DNA of 64,000 nucleotides from a bacterium. Lineage in GTDB: Bacteria; CG2-30-53-67. The stretch covers positions 7,091 through 71,090 of the forward strand of contig CAKKPE010000107.1 in assembly GCA_919901565.1 (NCBI GenBank). Direction: 5' to 3'. Under the pieces are notes generated by a model. The model ran no database searches, had not been told where the DNA came from, and saw only the letters and a list, made by a program, of their open reading frames with translations. Position numbers and translations under genes: made by a program. Shown piece by piece: positions 51,371 to 64,000 of the stretch. Position 1 is the stretch's first letter. Every line of letters starts with the position of its first letter.

Positions 51371-53944
51371 TTATCTTTCATGGGCCATCTCAAGCGTTCT
51401 TTCCTGGAAGGGGACGGCGCGATATCTGTTTGTATAGAGCCCTATTCGAGTGATCCGGGCATCCTGATCGTTTGAGTCCGGGCGATTTAACAGCTTCTGC
51501 AGAACCTCATCGACACGGGCGCCCCCCTGGTCTCCTGTCTGAACCATGAGTCTCACCATCACATGTTCCTGGTCCACGGAATGGATCTCCATCTCCTCGA
51601 TCATGGGCCGGATGTCCAGGGTTTTGATCCGGTCCTTCTGGTTCCTGGTGATGAGGATCTCATCCTGGCCCATAAGCTCCTGCACCGCATGATAAGGATC
51701 TTTCTGGAAGGCGGAACGGGGAAGATCAAGGAGATATTCCCCGAAACGGATCACCGAAGAGATCGCCGGGGCCTGTGCGGGGATCCAGTTGACGCCCGTG
51801 ACCCGGATTCCCTCCGGGAGGACCTGATTCAATCTTACCGCGACGGCCTCCTCAAATACGGATCCTATCACGTTGACGTCCAGGTATTCAGCCGCTGCAG
51901 AAATCCCTACGGGCAGAGCCGGCCCCATGGCCATCTTCGGATGCGGGTGGAATCCATGGGAGTACTCCAGGTGGATCCCGGCGCGGGCAAATGACCGTAC
52001 CATCATGCTGATCATCTCAAGGTGAGATAGGAATTTAAGGCGGCCCTCTTTGGTGTATCGGATACGGAACCGTTTCACGATCGGAGAACCCAATCGAACA
52101 GAAGGGGGCTTCGCGTCGGTACCCCCGTCGGACCGGGCAAGGACCAGTTCGGGTCCCTGCTCGCAGGCGCCGCAGAGTGTGCAGGCATCATGGCGGCAGT
52201 CGGGGGTGATCTCCCCTTTAAGGGATTGCATATATTCTTCGGTCAGGAACGTTTTGGAAATACCGCTGTCGATATGGTCCCATGGTAGGATCTCGGTCAG
52301 GTCCCTCTGCCGATAGAGATAGAAATCAGGTTCGATCCCTGTATTCTGAAAAGCCAGGTTCCATTTAGAACGGTCACATTCGTCGGTCCAGCCGTCGAAA
52401 CGGCAGCCCAGCTTCCAGGCCTCATGGAGAAGCAGGCCGAGCCGGCGGTCTCCGCGGGATAAAACCCCTTCGAGCATGCTGATCCCGGGTTCATGCCATT
52501 TAAAAGAGAGCTTCTTGTGCCTCAAGCCGCTCTTCAGGAATCGGTATTTGTCTGCAATCTCTTCGGGACGGTTTTGCAGGGACCATTGGAACGGGGTATG
52601 GGCCTTGGGGACGAAGGGCGACACGCTGACATTGATCTGCTTGAATCTCGGGTTGGATTGTTTAGCGACCTTCAATGCCTTGAATGTGAGATCAATGATC
52701 CCCTGGAGGTCTTCCTCGGTTTCAGTGGGAAGCCCGATCATGAAGTAAAGCTTGAGGACCTCCCAGCCGGCGGAAAAAACCTTCTGCACCGTGGCAAGAA
52801 GATCCTCTTCGGTTACCCCCTTGTTAATGACATCCCTGAGCCGCTGCGTCCCTGCTTCCGGTGCAATGGTGAATCCGGTCTTGCGGATCTTCTGTATTTC
52901 GGCGATGATTTCTGAAGAGAGGGTCCCGGGCCTGAGGGACGGAAGGGATACGCTGATATGTCTCTTCTCTGCAAACCCGACCACTTCCTTGACGAGCCTG
53001 GACAACGCAGTATAGTCGCCGCTGGAGAGCGAGGTCAGAGAGATTTCCTCATATCCCGAGTTCAGGACGGAATTCTTGAGATGACCGAGGATGGTATCCA
53101 CCTCTCTTTCCCTGACGGGCCTGTAAATCATGCCCGCCTGACAAAAACGGCACCCTCGTGTACAGCCCCGGGAGATCTCCAGTGCCACACGGTCATGAAC
53201 GATCTTCATGTAGGGAAGCACGGGAGAGACCGGATAAGGGGCTTTGTTCAGGTCCTTGACAATGCGTTTGCGGATACGGTCCGGTCCCGGCATGGTCCTT
53301 CGGATTTCCCGGATTTGCCCGTCCGGGGCATACAGTACCTCGAAGTCGGAAGGGACGTAGACCCCGTCCAGTTCCGCTAAATGGCCCAGAAGGATCTTGC
53401 GACTGGAGGACCGGTATTTTTTGAAAAGGTCCAGCATTTCTGTAATAACCTCTTCTCCGTCCCCGATCACGAAGAGATCGAAAAAGCCGGCAAGGGGTTC
53501 AGGGTTGAAGGCGCAGGGTCCCCCGCCGATGATCAGAGGAAAAGAGTCGTCCCGTTCAGCGGAGAGCAGAGGGATACCGGCAAGGTCGAGCATATTCAGG
53601 ATGTTGGTGTAGCTCATTTCGTACTGGAGCGTGAACCCGAGGATATCAAAATCCCGGAGGGGGAGGCCGGACTCCAGAGAGCAGAGCGGCATCCCTTGGG
53701 AACGGAGGATCTCCTCCATATCCTTCCATGGGGCAAAGACGCGTTCAGCCGCTGTATCCTCCCGGTTATTAAGGATTTCGTAGAGGATCTTAAGGCCGGT
53801 ATGGGACATCCCGATCTCATAGGTGTCAGGGAAGGCCAGGGCCACCCTGACATCCACCAGGCCGTGGTCTTTTTTGATTGCATTGATCTCCGACCCGATA
53901 TAACGGGACGGTTTTGACACACGTCCGAGGTTTTTTTCTGTCAT
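51371..53944 (-). CDS. Radical SAM protein, TIGR03960-type N-terminal domain fused to a TIGR03936/DUF2344 C-terminal domain
   Basis: CxxxCxxC cluster (CTRGCRFCQAGM), B12-binding-like N-region, and a long DUF2344-like C-terminus. Conserved adjacency to rng. ATG at 53944. Confidence 0.7.
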   Translation of the reverse strand: MTEKNLGRVSKPSRYIGSEINAIKKDHGLVDVRVALAFPDTYEIGMSHTGLKILYEILNNREDTAAERVFAPWKDMEEILRSQGMPLCSLESGLPLRDFDILGFTLQYEMSYTNILNMLDLAGIPLLSAERDDSFPLIIGGGPCAFNPEPLAGFFDLFVIGDGEEVITEMLDLFKKYRSSSRKILLGHLAELDGVYVPSDFEVLYAPDGQIREIRRTMPGPDRIRKRIVKDLNKAPYPVSPVLPYMKIVHDRVALEISRGCTRGCRFCQAGMIYRPVREREVDTILGHLKNSVLNSGYEEISLTSLSSGDYTALSRLVKEVVGFAEKRHISVSLPSLRPGTLSSEIIAEIQKIRKTGFTIAPEAGTQRLRDVINKGVTEEDLLATVQKVFSAGWEVLKLYFMIGLPTETEEDLQGIIDLTFKALKVAKQSNPRFKQINVSVSPFVPKAHTPFQWSLQNRPEEIADKYRFLKSGLRHKKLSFKWHEPGISMLEGVLSRGDRRLGLLLHEAWKLGCRFDGWTDECDRSKWNLAFQNTGIEPDFYLYRQRDLTEILPWDHIDSGISKTFLTEEYMQSLKGEITPDCRHDACTLCGACEQGPELVLARSDGGTDAKPPSVRLGSPIVKRFRIRYTKEGRLKFLSHLEMISMMVRSFARAGIHLEYSHGFHPHPKMAMGPALPVGISAAAEYLDVNVIGSVFEEAVAVRLNQVLPEGIRVTGVNWIPAQAPAISSVIRFGEYLLDLPRSAFQKDPYHAVQELMGQDEILITRNQKDRIKTLDIRPMIEEMEIHSVDQEHVMVRLMVQTGDQGGARVDEVLQKLLNRPDSNDQDARITRIGLYTNRYRAVPFQERTLEMAHER

Positions 53945-54032
53945 ATGGAATACCGCCTTATTTCTTAAAAAGGTGAATGATAAAAATAACATTTTAATGA
54001 AAATTGTTCAATAATTTTTTTGCAGATTGAAC

Positions 54033-55595
54033 TTATTTCGGATGAGATTCCTTATTGGGTCCCATGATGGCGTTGGAGGGGCCGTCCAGGGCGAACAAGA
54101 GGAGCCCGGTGAGAAGGTAAGCGGCAAAGAATTTATAAGGGGTTGTGGTTTGGATCTGCCAGGGAAGGAAGATCTCGCCGCTCGCAAAGGGGGAGTGGAT
54201 AATGCCGAAAAGCGAGAAAACCCCAGCCGTCAAGAGAAAGGCCGCGGCGATCTTGAGCCGTCTATCAATAATAAAAGCGGTGATGGAGCCCCAGAGGAGC
54301 GATGAGAGGATAAAACCATTTCCCAGCATCATGATGGTCTGAAAGGTGACGGCCACCTCGCCGGTCAGATCCGAGGCTTCTTTCCCGAGATTGGCGATAT
54401 GGCTTCCGATCTCGATGAACAGAAGATTGGCGATCACCGGAATGAAGGCCATGGCCACGGCCTTGGCATGGCGGGCCGGGCTGGCCTCAAAGGCCTGGGC
54501 CGTAATCTCGAGTCCGATGAAGACCAGGATCGGGGCCACGGCCGCTTCCGGGAGGAGATTGACGAAAAAGGATAGGTAGCCGAGGATACCGCCCAGGCCG
54601 ATAAAGACAGCGGTCGCCAGGGTGTACGCGGACCTCCCTCCCATATCCTTGTAGGCCGGATGGCCGATGTAAGGGGTGCTCTGAAGGATTCCGCCGCAGA
54701 GGCCCGCAAGGATGGTCCCGATCCCGTCGGCCAGGATGATGGTCCTGCTGTTGTATTCATCCCCGGCCGCGGCCGCGGACTCCGTCACGTCAATCCCTCC
54801 CACCACAATGGCCAGCGCAAAGGGCACGGCAATGGGGAGATATTTCAGGGCCTCAGTCATTCCTTCCCAGAAGCCGAGAGTGGGCAGAGGAAGGCCCACG
54901 CTCAGTTGGAGTCTCGGCAGATGCTCTTCCGGGATCACCGAAATACCGGTCAGGTGAAGAAGATAATAGATGACCGTTCCGATCAGGACGGCAGCCAGGG
55001 CCCCGGGCATCCTGAATGGGAACTTGATCTTGGCAATCAGGGTCATCAGGATGATCCCCAGAGAGACAAAACCGACTATGGGATTGGAAAAAATCTTGAG
55101 TGAAGGGAAGAAGGCGATCAGCATCATGGCCACGGCGGCAATGGAACCGAGGAGCCCTGCCCGCGGCACGAACCTTCGTATCGCAGGGCCGGCCCAGGCC
55201 CCGATGATCTTAATGATCCCCATCAGGATGATAACCGCCGTGGTGATGTGCCAGACCAGGATCGGGTCCTTGAACTTCAGATAGGCCGGGCCGATGATGC
55301 CGAAGGCCAGCCCGAACGTGGACGGCGTGTCCAGCCCCAGGGGCATGGCCGTGACATCGTCGCGGCCCGTTTTTTTGGCCAGGCGAAAGGCGAGAAAGGT
55401 ATAGACCAGGTCCCCGAACAGCACGCCGACCGCCGTGCCAGGAAGCATCCGGTAGAGCACGATTTCTTTGGGGAAGCCGAAGACGCCGATCAATATTCCG
55501 GCCATGATCACCAGGTCGGACATGTTGTCCAGCATCAGCCCGAAAAAGGCGTTGATATCCCCTATCCGGGCCCAGCGGTATCTGAACTCTGCCAT
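54033..55595 (-). CDS. Polytopic membrane permease (12+ TM segments), family uncertain (NCS2/SulP-like)
   Basis: 520 aa, strongly hydrophobic throughout, Gly-rich TM helices. Confidence 0.55.
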   Translation of the reverse strand: MAEFRYRWARIGDINAFFGLMLDNMSDLVIMAGILIGVFGFPKEIVLYRMLPGTAVGVLFGDLVYTFLAFRLAKKTGRDDVTAMPLGLDTPSTFGLAFGIIGPAYLKFKDPILVWHITTAVIILMGIIKIIGAWAGPAIRRFVPRAGLLGSIAAVAMMLIAFFPSLKIFSNPIVGFVSLGIILMTLIAKIKFPFRMPGALAAVLIGTVIYYLLHLTGISVIPEEHLPRLQLSVGLPLPTLGFWEGMTEALKYLPIAVPFALAIVVGGIDVTESAAAAGDEYNSRTIILADGIGTILAGLCGGILQSTPYIGHPAYKDMGGRSAYTLATAVFIGLGGILGYLSFFVNLLPEAAVAPILVFIGLEITAQAFEASPARHAKAVAMAFIPVIANLLFIEIGSHIANLGKEASDLTGEVAVTFQTIMMLGNGFILSSLLWGSITAFIIDRRLKIAAAFLLTAGVFSLFGIIHSPFASGEIFLPWQIQTTTPYKFFAAYLLTGLLLFALDGPSNAIMGPNKESHPK

Positions 55596-55715
55596 GAGGT
55601 CCCCTTTTCCCCTGACCAGGAATCATGCCGAAAAGACTGCCGGGATCACCGAAGGCGGTGAGGCCAAAGTTTTTGGTTCTTCTCCTATTTAGTGGGTAAA
55701 AAGGGTTCGAGGATT

Positions 55716-55802
55716 CCAGGGTTCAAGGGGTCAAGTGAAATACTGAAACGCAAGCAAAATCTCCAAAGAAAAACACTGGAACCCTTGACCCCTTGAACCC
55801 TG
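55716..55802. promoter_or_regulatory. Long stem-loop (19-bp perfect stem CCAGGGTTCAAGGGGTCAAG / CTTGACCCCTTGAACCCTG, 48-nt loop) in the permease leader/promoter region
   Basis: Read directly, 120-200 nt upstream of the permease start. Confidence 0.5.
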
Positions 55803-56153
55803 ATGTTTTCACCCACTCTTTTGGATATGATCCAAACTTTTATATCAAGGTTTTAGAAAAACTTCAAGGAAAAACAGGCAGAGGGCATTTGGGGTACTGT
55901 GGGCCAATTCACATTGATGCTCAGCATTTGGGGTTCACCGAGGATGGTTCTGATAGCCCCCATCTCCCAGCTTCAGAAAAATATTGTAACTCTGGGATTC
56001 TAACAGCAATACCGTTCAGTTAAGATGGAGTTATCCCCGAATGCCTCTATCGGGGATATGGTTTTTCAGGCAGTTTAAACCAGATTCCCGCTCAGAATCG
56101 TTGCGGGAATGACAAAATTCGTGACCGATTATCCTTAAATGAACAGTCAGCAC

Positions 56154-56171
56154 TTCTCAGAACCGTCCCGC
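56154..56171 (+). repeat. 18-bp direct repeat TTCTCAGAACCGTCCCGC, copy 1 (copy 2 at 57158-57175)
   Basis: Perfect 18/18 match 1004 bp apart. The two copies bracket the nucleotidyltransferase gene pair. Confidence 0.75.
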
Positions 56172-56202
56172 TGCTCTCGTATTCACTCCACTTGTCGGCC
56201 GG

Positions 56203-56706
56203 CTATTGCCCCAGCTTCCTCTTCTCCTCCAGGGTGCGGCGGAGAATAGGCAGGGCCGCCTTGTCCTTGTCACGTCCAAGAAGTCCCTTCATCTCAATCA
56301 GTGTCTCAAGATTCAGGATCTTCACACTGAACCCTTCACCTATCTGAAGTTCGGATGTATATTTTAGGAGATCGTCGAAACCCTGGCCTTGTCCTATCTC
56401 ACCAAGGAGATCCAAAGGCCCTGCTCGGGTCATAAGAAGGTGGTGCCCGGGTGATGCCAATGGGTCCCGTTGAGGTTTGAGCCTTCGTTCGGGCTTTTCC
56501 CGATAATAAGTTTCCAGTGAATCGAGAGCAGTAATAAGCCGGGAAAAATTATCGGCATGGCGGGAATGCACGATGTCAAGGTCAAACGTGGTTACGGGGG
56601 CTCCATGCAGAACGGCGCACACCCCGCCCACCACGATGAACTCCACCTCGTGCCTGAGAAGAACCTCAAGGATGATCCGGAAATCAGGCGCTTGTTTCTT
56701 CACCAC
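56203..56706 (-). CDS. Nucleotidyltransferase-fold protein (MNT/DUF6036-like), likely a TA or defence component
   Basis: EVEFIVVGGVCAVLHGAPVTTFDLDIV is a minimal nucleotidyltransferase motif (GG…DxD). 167 aa. Confidence 0.55.
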   Translation of the reverse strand: MVKKQAPDFRIILEVLLRHEVEFIVVGGVCAVLHGAPVTTFDLDIVHSRHADNFSRLITALDSLETYYREKPERRLKPQRDPLASPGHHLLMTRAGPLDLLGEIGQGQGFDDLLKYTSELQIGEGFSVKILNLETLIEMKGLLGRDKDKAALPILRRTLEEKRKLGQ

Positions 56707-56887
56707 GAATTCTCATGACAGATCTGATGTGATTCTGAAGAGTTTCCAGCCGTTCCTCAGGCGTCATGGAGAGCATCCAACGGATAACCGTAAGATCAAC
56801 GCCATCCTCGCTGTAGGCCGTCTCGCTCCCGGGATATGAATGTCCCTCCTCATCCACGCCGTGATCGGCCCGCTTGTTAGGATTCAT
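56684..56887 (-). CDS. Small partner protein (67 aa), translationally coupled to the nucleotidyltransferase
   Basis: 23-nt overlap with the downstream nucleotidyltransferase gene. No domain recognised. Confidence 0.35.
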   Translation of the reverse strand: MNPNKRADHGVDEEGHSYPGSETAYSEDGVDLTVIRWMLSMTPEERLETLQNHIRSVMRIRGEETSA

Positions 56888-57147
56888 ACTTCCTCAAGAT
56901 AGACGGCTTCGTAAGAAGTCCGTGCCGTTTGTTTTTCGACTCCTTGAGAGACCATCAAAATTGTGATTTTCTCCCATATAACGACCCTTCACAGACTACC
57001 AGTCGGCCTAATGCTCCGCAAGTCCTTTTTGTATGCCCCATAAGAAACCGGGGGGCTATCCCCTGTCAGCGCAGGAAGGTTACGAGATAAGGGTTCTGAT
57101 AGCCACGGCCTTCCTTCTTCAGAAAAATATTCTGCAACTTCGGGATT

Positions 57148-57534
57148 TTACAATCGTTTCTCAGAACCGTCCCGCGGACTCGCGGACTCCCACGAACTCG
57201 ACAGGGAAGGAAGAAGCTTTTTCAATTGTGGGGACAGCGTCCCCGATATTCGGGGGTAAAACCGGTAAAAACGGAGATATCTGTATAATTGTCGCTGGTT
57301 GCAGTTGCTGATCTTCAGGCGGGTCAGAGTATCGGCCAGTTCTGAAAGCAGCTTGTCCCCATAGGTTGCCCTATCGGTGCCTTGCAACTCAAATTCCGCA
57401 ATATAAAGACCGATCATCCAGTTTTTCAGAGAGAGGCTAATGTTGACGGCCTTGCCGGCCTGAGCAGCCAGATGATTATGAACCTGCCGGATGGATTCGA
57501 CAAGACGATTGAAGGTCATGGTGGTATTTTTCAT
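57148..57534 (-). pseudogene. DUF1016/YhcG-family (PD-(D/E)xK nuclease-like) gene, truncated after the N-terminal domain
   Basis: YIAEFELQGTDRATYGDKLLSELADTL…LYRYLRFYRFYP matches the DUF1016 N-domain. The expected LSWSHY continuation is replaced by unrelated sequence and an early stop. Confidence 0.55.
57158..57175 (+). repeat. 18-bp direct repeat TTCTCAGAACCGTCCCGC, copy 2
   Basis: Identical to 56154-56171. Lies inside the 3' end of the truncated DUF1016 ORF. Confidence 0.75.
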
Positions 57535-57768
57535 TTCAGCAGCGCCTCCTTCAGAATGGCCTTCAGTTTGTCGCGGAGCTTGGCGGTCTCGGCCTCGCTC
57601 TGCTCAAGTTTGGCAAGCAGCTCAGCCGGGTCGCCGCGGTCTTCATCGACAACGTGCGGATTCTTGAAATCGAGATTGTAGTTTAGCGCCTTGATCTCGT
57701 CTATCGTAACCTTCCAGGCAACTTCATTCTCCCGCTTGATATTTCGCTCTAAAAATCCTTTGACTTCC
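57531..57768 (-). pseudogene. hsdM: C-terminal remnant (about 75 codons) of a type I restriction-modification methyltransferase HsdM
   Basis: The minus-frame translation …NEVAWKVTIDEIKALNYNLDFKNPHVVDEDRGDPAELLAKLEQSEAETAKLRDKLKAILKEALLK* matches the HsdM C-terminal domain (isleeIaendYNL…). An in-frame stop lies immediately upstream. Its stop overlaps the DUF1016 start as ATGA. Confidence 0.5.
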
Positions 57769-57826
57769 GGCAGGTCATTTCAAATGTCTTTCGATAGACG
57801 GGGAATAACACCTGCGGCCCCTGCGT

Positions 57827-61026
<3,200 letters not shown>

Positions 61027-61030
<4 letters not shown>

Positions 61031-64000
61031 CCTTCACCTTCAATGATTGACCAGACGCGGTGATAGCTCTCGCCTCGGTCGCCAAGCGCGGTTCTCCACG
61101 TGTTCACGTTCGCCGCCCGAAGCTTGGCTCGCACCTCGTTCAGGGGTTCAGACGCGCCCACCCCCAACGACTTGGCCAACGGCGCGGCAGCGGTGCGCGG
61201 TACGCCCAGAAGTCGCAGAGCAACGGCCTCATCCGAGTTCACGCCGTAGTACACACGCGCAGGCAGATTTCGAAGAACGCGCTGGTCCTCCGCGGACATC
61301 GCGTCGAAGGAGTCGCCGAGGGTGAGCGACTGCAGGGCGGCCAAGCCCCACGAGGCCGTCTGCGTGAGCCGACCGAAGACGCTTCTGCAGCAGCGGGTCA
61401 TCGCCGCAACCGGATCCCCGGCGCCCGTGCTCTCCTCGTCGTCACCCGACTTCTTCGAGAAGTATTCCGTCGCCATTTCGGTGAGAGGGCGTCCCTGCAC
61501 CCAGTCGCAGATGATCCGTGCGAGCATGTCGCCGTTAGGTTGCAAGCCGCCTGTAACCTCCTTGAGTGGCTCCCGCAGCTCTGGCACCTGGAGCAAGACG
61601 CCCATCATGCGCTGAAGATCGTCTCGGCGGGTGCCGAACAGCTCAGATGACCATACCCCGCTTGTCAGGTTTGCCGCGTTCACGCGGACCAGAGTGTTGC
61701 TAACGGATTCCCATGAGAAGCCGGTGGCGTCGACGAGCTTCAGCGGCTTGCCCTTTATGCGCTCGGCGTAGTTGTAGACGCCCTGCACCAAGCTATCGGC
61801 CCAGCCCTTGTGGCTCTTCCGCAGCGCCTGAAAGCCAAGCGTTCCGCGAAGGATCTGCTCGACCTCTGCGGCGAAGCGCTCGTGGTTGCCTAACTGCCGA
61901 TAGGTATGCGCGAGGTACTGCACAAACGACGACCAACCTGGCTGCCACGCGAGCGTCTCGAGTTGGAGCAGCTTTCCTTCAGCATCGGCGCGCTGCACCA
62001 TGTCGATCAGCGTCGAGTTCAAGGCACCGACGGACCGTCCGATGAACTCCTTTAGCCTCTCCGCTTTTGCGTCATTGTGACCGGCGAGCGCGACGATGCC
62101 GAGGTCGCCTTGATCCACGCGACCCGCACGACCTGCGATGTTCCAGAAATCCTCGGGCGGCATGTCTTGCCCATACGGATACTGGTGACTCGCGAAGACG
62201 ACGCCGGAGACCGGAAAGTTCACGCCCTGCGCGATGGTCGTCGTCGCGACGAGCACGCTCAGCTTCGATTGCTCCGTCAGCCACTCGACAAGCGTTCTAG
62301 TGTCCTCGGAGAGCCCGGAGTGATGAACTCCAACGCCGTACTCGAGCAGGGCTATCAACGGAAAGTCCTGCCCCATTTCGTCGGCAAGGAACCGTCGAAT
62401 GTGGACTAGGTCATCGTTGCCCACAGACCGGCGGTTCTCATCAACCTTGAGCGTCCCAGCAACTCCCCAGCTACTTCCCGGCGTGTCAACCAGAACAATG
62501 ACCGTTCCCCGCTGATGGAGGACCTGCGCTACCGCTGCTGCGAGCTTTCCGGGCGATCCAGAAACCGCGGACCATGAGAGCCCCAGCGGACGCCGCTCTC
62601 CAACGTCCAGCGCCTCTGGCACCTCAATGGTGTTCCGCGTCGTGTGCTGGGTGACAAGCCGCACCCCGAAGTCACCGCGCTTCTGGCCCTTCTGGGGCCG
62701 TGCGATAGCGATAACGCGATCGTTGGGACTCCAGTCAACACCGAGTTCGATGTTCTTGTTGCTGTCAGGCGACAGCCACCGCGCGATCTCAGCGGCGTTG
62801 TGAATGAACGGCGTGAGCAGCAGGAACTGCGCGTATCGACATTCCCGGTTGATCGTGGCAAGCAGCAGCTCCAACTTCAGGCCGCGCGCTTGGGATGCGA
62901 GCCCGTGTGCCTCGTCGACGACCACAAGGGTCAACGGTCGACCGATCTTTTCCTCCCAGCCGCCACGAAGCATGAGATCTAGCTTCTCTGGTGTCGTGAC
63001 GAGGATGAGAAACTGTCGTCCGGCATCCGTGTCGGTCAGCATGCCGGCTTCGAGCCCATCGATATCGAGAGCGGGGCTTACCTTTTCGACGATGCTGCCG
63101 AGGACGGCCAAGTCCCGTCGAAGGCGAAGCGTGAGCTGGTTAACGAGTGCACGGGTCGGCGCGAGGTACGCGACCCAACCGCGCTCTTGGTCGAACTGGT
63201 TGAGCGCCTGGAGAATGCGGAATTCCGCGATGAACGTCTTTCCGCTCGACGTCGGAAGGCTCACGACGACGGAGCGATGACCCGAGCCAAGCAGTCCCTT
63301 CTCGCGCAGGGTCCGTCGCTGGGGGGGGAGCATCTCGAAGATCGGCTGCTGCCGGTCGCGCGAAACCAACGACTCCACGAACCGCGTTACGCGACTATTC
63401 ACTGCCCGGGTCACAGTCCAGATGCTGTTATCGACGAGGACCCGAGCGGTTCGAGCGAGCAGACGAGCTAGAGATTCGCGCTCCATGTGTTGACCACGCC
63501 CGGCAGCGCCGATAGCGCGGTCAAATTGCGCCTCAAGCTGTTCCCGCACGTCGTAGTGACCGTCCACCGAGCCTTGAGTGAGATAAACGCCGAGAATCTC
63601 GGCAGCCTTCGCGAGGTGGTACTCGGTGATGAGCTCCCACGCGGGCCGCGCGTCCCTTCGCGCTTCAGCCTGGGCGATGAATTCTGGTTCGTGTTCGCGC
63701 TGGTCGGTACGTAGTGCTGCCACGCGCTGCTGTACCAGGTCCAGATCCCCCCAACCCTGCTTTCGGAAGAGGCGCAACCAGATGTCGAGGATGCAGGACC
63801 AGACGCGGATACCCCAGTCTTCCGAATCCAGAGGGAGTTGAGGCAGATCCTTTTCGATGAGAAGACGACGAACATCGGCCCCACGGTCACCCAGTACGCC
63901 GAGGGCACCGAGGCGCACGAGCCATTCCGCTGCCTCAATGGGCGCTTCGGGACACGTCAGCGAGCGTGCAACTTGGAATGCATCCGTGGCAGTGGCTTGA
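61027..64000 (-). CDS. Large SF2 DEAH-box helicase (over 990 aa), partial with its N-terminus beyond the window end; stop overlaps the hsdR start as ATGA
   Basis: Motif I LPTSSGKT, motif II VVVDEAH, motif [12 protein letters not shown]. The frame stays open from 63918 through 64000. The track's first Met is a GTG and is not the true start. Confidence 0.8.

Noticed and set aside
51563-53917. Multiple 90-180-aa plus-strand ORFs
   Set aside because: All antisense to the radical-SAM gene.
54027-55692. Several plus- and minus-strand ORFs of 65-150 aa overlapping the permease
   Set aside because: Alternative frames of a GC-rich membrane-protein gene. Pro/Arg/Gly-rich.

Overview
This 64-kb window is chromosomal DNA at about 50% GC, densely packed with housekeeping genes on both strands. 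The gene content fits a Desulfobacterota-like (deltaproteobacterial) organism: a CIRCE operator in front of groES-groEL, an NtrC-type sigma54 response regulator with its histidine kinase, a PFK carrying the PPi-type GGDD/PKTIDND signature, feoB followed by a DtxR-FeoA fusion regulator, and a TIGR03960/TIGR03936 radical-SAM protein next to RNase G. Recognisable genes include the following: a COG2509 FAD dehydrogenase, an ICMT-like methyltransferase, and a large LVIVD/TSP3/cyclophilin lipoprotein; pfk, ssb, a PLD-like lipoprotein, a CNNM/CorC transporter and a geranylgeranyl-reductase-like flavoprotein; nadE, feoB, a HemY-type oxidase, a beta-CASP MBL RNase, ChrB-like, tandem UspA and an HMGL-like aldolase; yajQ, a DEDDy exonuclease, ABC-F, cspA, typA and a SurA-like PPIase; tRNA-Ala(GGC), gap, acpS, a ClpB-D2-like AAA+ ATPase and groES/groEL; a ParA-family cluster, the sigma54 RR/HK pair, rng, the radical-SAM fusion and a permease. 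The left 3 kb is a decayed accessory patch: a partial DUF4143 ATPase, an IS200/RAYT-like remnant flanked by inverted repeats, and a frameshifted AbiEii toxin. The right end (about 56-64 kb) rises to roughly 65% GC and looks like a horizontally acquired defence-type island. It holds a small nucleotidyltransferase pair bracketed by 18-bp direct repeats, a truncated DUF1016 gene, an hsdM C-terminal remnant, an intact hsdR, and a large DEAH helicase whose stop overlaps the hsdR start and which runs off the window. Two observations stand out. First, a three-gene cluster encodes a ParA/MinD ATPase fused to a CBM48 (AMPK-beta-like glycogen-binding) domain, a degenerate ParA-like protein whose N-terminus is a ParB-type GRGL peptide, and a 188-aa unknown. 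I propose it as a previously undescribed positioning system for polyglucan or glycogen granules. Second, an AT-rich foldback intergenic element of about 250-360 bp occurs at least five times, always in the same orientation, each time sitting between the stop of one minus-strand gene and the start of the next.
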